Notes under the pieces: model-generated | Databases searched by the model: none | What the model saw: the letters and a program-made list of their open reading frames with translations, nothing else | Told to the model about the DNA's origin: nothing | Made by a program: the position numbers and the translations under genes | NCBI GenBank assembly: GCA_902594145.1 | Contig: CACJLA010000001.1 | Span: forward strand, 164,543-228,542 | Origin: an uncultured Alphaproteobacteria bacterium | Lineage (GTDB): Bacteria > Pseudomonadota > Alphaproteobacteria > HIMB59 | DNA length: 64,000 bases | Direction of reading: 5' to 3' | Shown: piece after piece, positions 63,519 through 64,000 of the stretch | Numbering within the stretch: the first letter of the stretch is position 1 | How the letters are laid out: the number at the start of each line of letters is the position of its first letter

Positions 63519-64000
63519 TTAGTTTGAGTACTCGTAAGGAAATGAACTCAACTGTTTAAGTCCATCTTTAGTGACTAAGAATTGATCCTCAAGTTTTATT
63601 CCTTCTTTTCCTCCAACTTCTCCAATATAGCTCTCCACACAAATAGTCATATTTTCCTCAAAATGGGCAGAGTAATCAGAGTTACTAAAATCTTTATTGG
63701 GGTAGGCAACAAAAGGCCACTCGTCACATAATCCTACACCATGGATAATACAAGGATAGTGATTGTCATAACAATTATCAGGTAACTTCCATGATTGCTC
63801 AGCAAATTCTCGAAAGTTTAATCCAGCTTTAATCAAAGATTTGTTGTGATTAATATGTTCCAAGGCTAAATCATAAAGTCTTCTTTGTTCATCATTAAAA
63901 TTATTTCCCTCAACAAAGGTCCGAGATATATCAGCACAATAACCGTAGGGTCCAACCATATCAGTATCAAAAGCTACTACATCACCTGATTCAATCACAC
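63519..64000 (-). CDS. M24 metallopeptidase-fold protein, DddP (DMSP lyase)-like, 5'-truncated
   Basis: FDTD, ADISRT, HGVGLCDEWP, CVE, KLEDQ; the frame runs off the window end. Confidence 0.8.
   Translation of the reverse strand, partial: VIESGDVVAFDTDMVGPYGYCADISRTFVEGNNFNDEQRRLYDLALEHINHNKSLIKAGLNFREFAEQSWKLPDNCYDNHYPCIIHGVGLCDEWPFVAYPNKDFSNSDYSAHFEENMTICVESYIGEVGGKEGIKLEDQFLVTKDGLKQLSSFPYEYSN

Overview
AT-rich (by eye about 30% GC, not computed), very tightly packed chromosomal segment. The gene order is alphaproteobacterial and the streamlining suggests a marine SAR11/HIMB59-like lineage (inference). Left (1-11.7 kb): a phosphate-starvation block, ppk1-phoR-pstSCAB-phoU-phoB-arsC, then dgkA, a SET-domain gene and the plcP-agt lipid-remodelling pair. 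Middle (11.7-53.8 kb): core genes, including rimI-miaB-phoH-ybeY-corC-lnt-trmB, nusA-infB-rbfA-truB-rpsO-pnp, fabI/B/A, moeB-dut-coaB-coaC-ubiE, mutM-rpsT-dnaA-dnaN-recF-gyrB, regBA, polA, nrdAB-grx, pfkB-ahcY-metK and tsaE-amgK-murU-trxA; several usual neighbours (rimP, ylxR, ubiB, addAB) are missing from their normal positions. Right (53.8-64 kb): an atypical phosphonate catabolic cluster with phnA and phnY but no phnW in the window, plus an Fe-dependent alcohol dehydrogenase, a stand-alone MetE-fold Zn enzyme and a Ugp/CUT1-type ABC transporter, followed by an SMR gene and a partial DddP-like M24 gene. Main leads: (1) the phosphonate cluster may be an undescribed PhnW-independent route, e.g. 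for 2-hydroxyethylphosphonate or an alkylated phosphonate; (2) a candidate ~75-nt sRNA with anti-Shine-Dalgarno motifs behind three 11-bp Pho-like repeats; (3) an AT-shifted Pho box that looks like a CtrA site and links pstS, plcP, the sRNA and the phosphonate genes; (4) a ribonucleotide reductase with a two-ATP-cone, apparently chimeric NrdA and an Asp-to-Glu metal ligand in NrdB. No rRNA, tRNA, CRISPR array or mobile element was seen.
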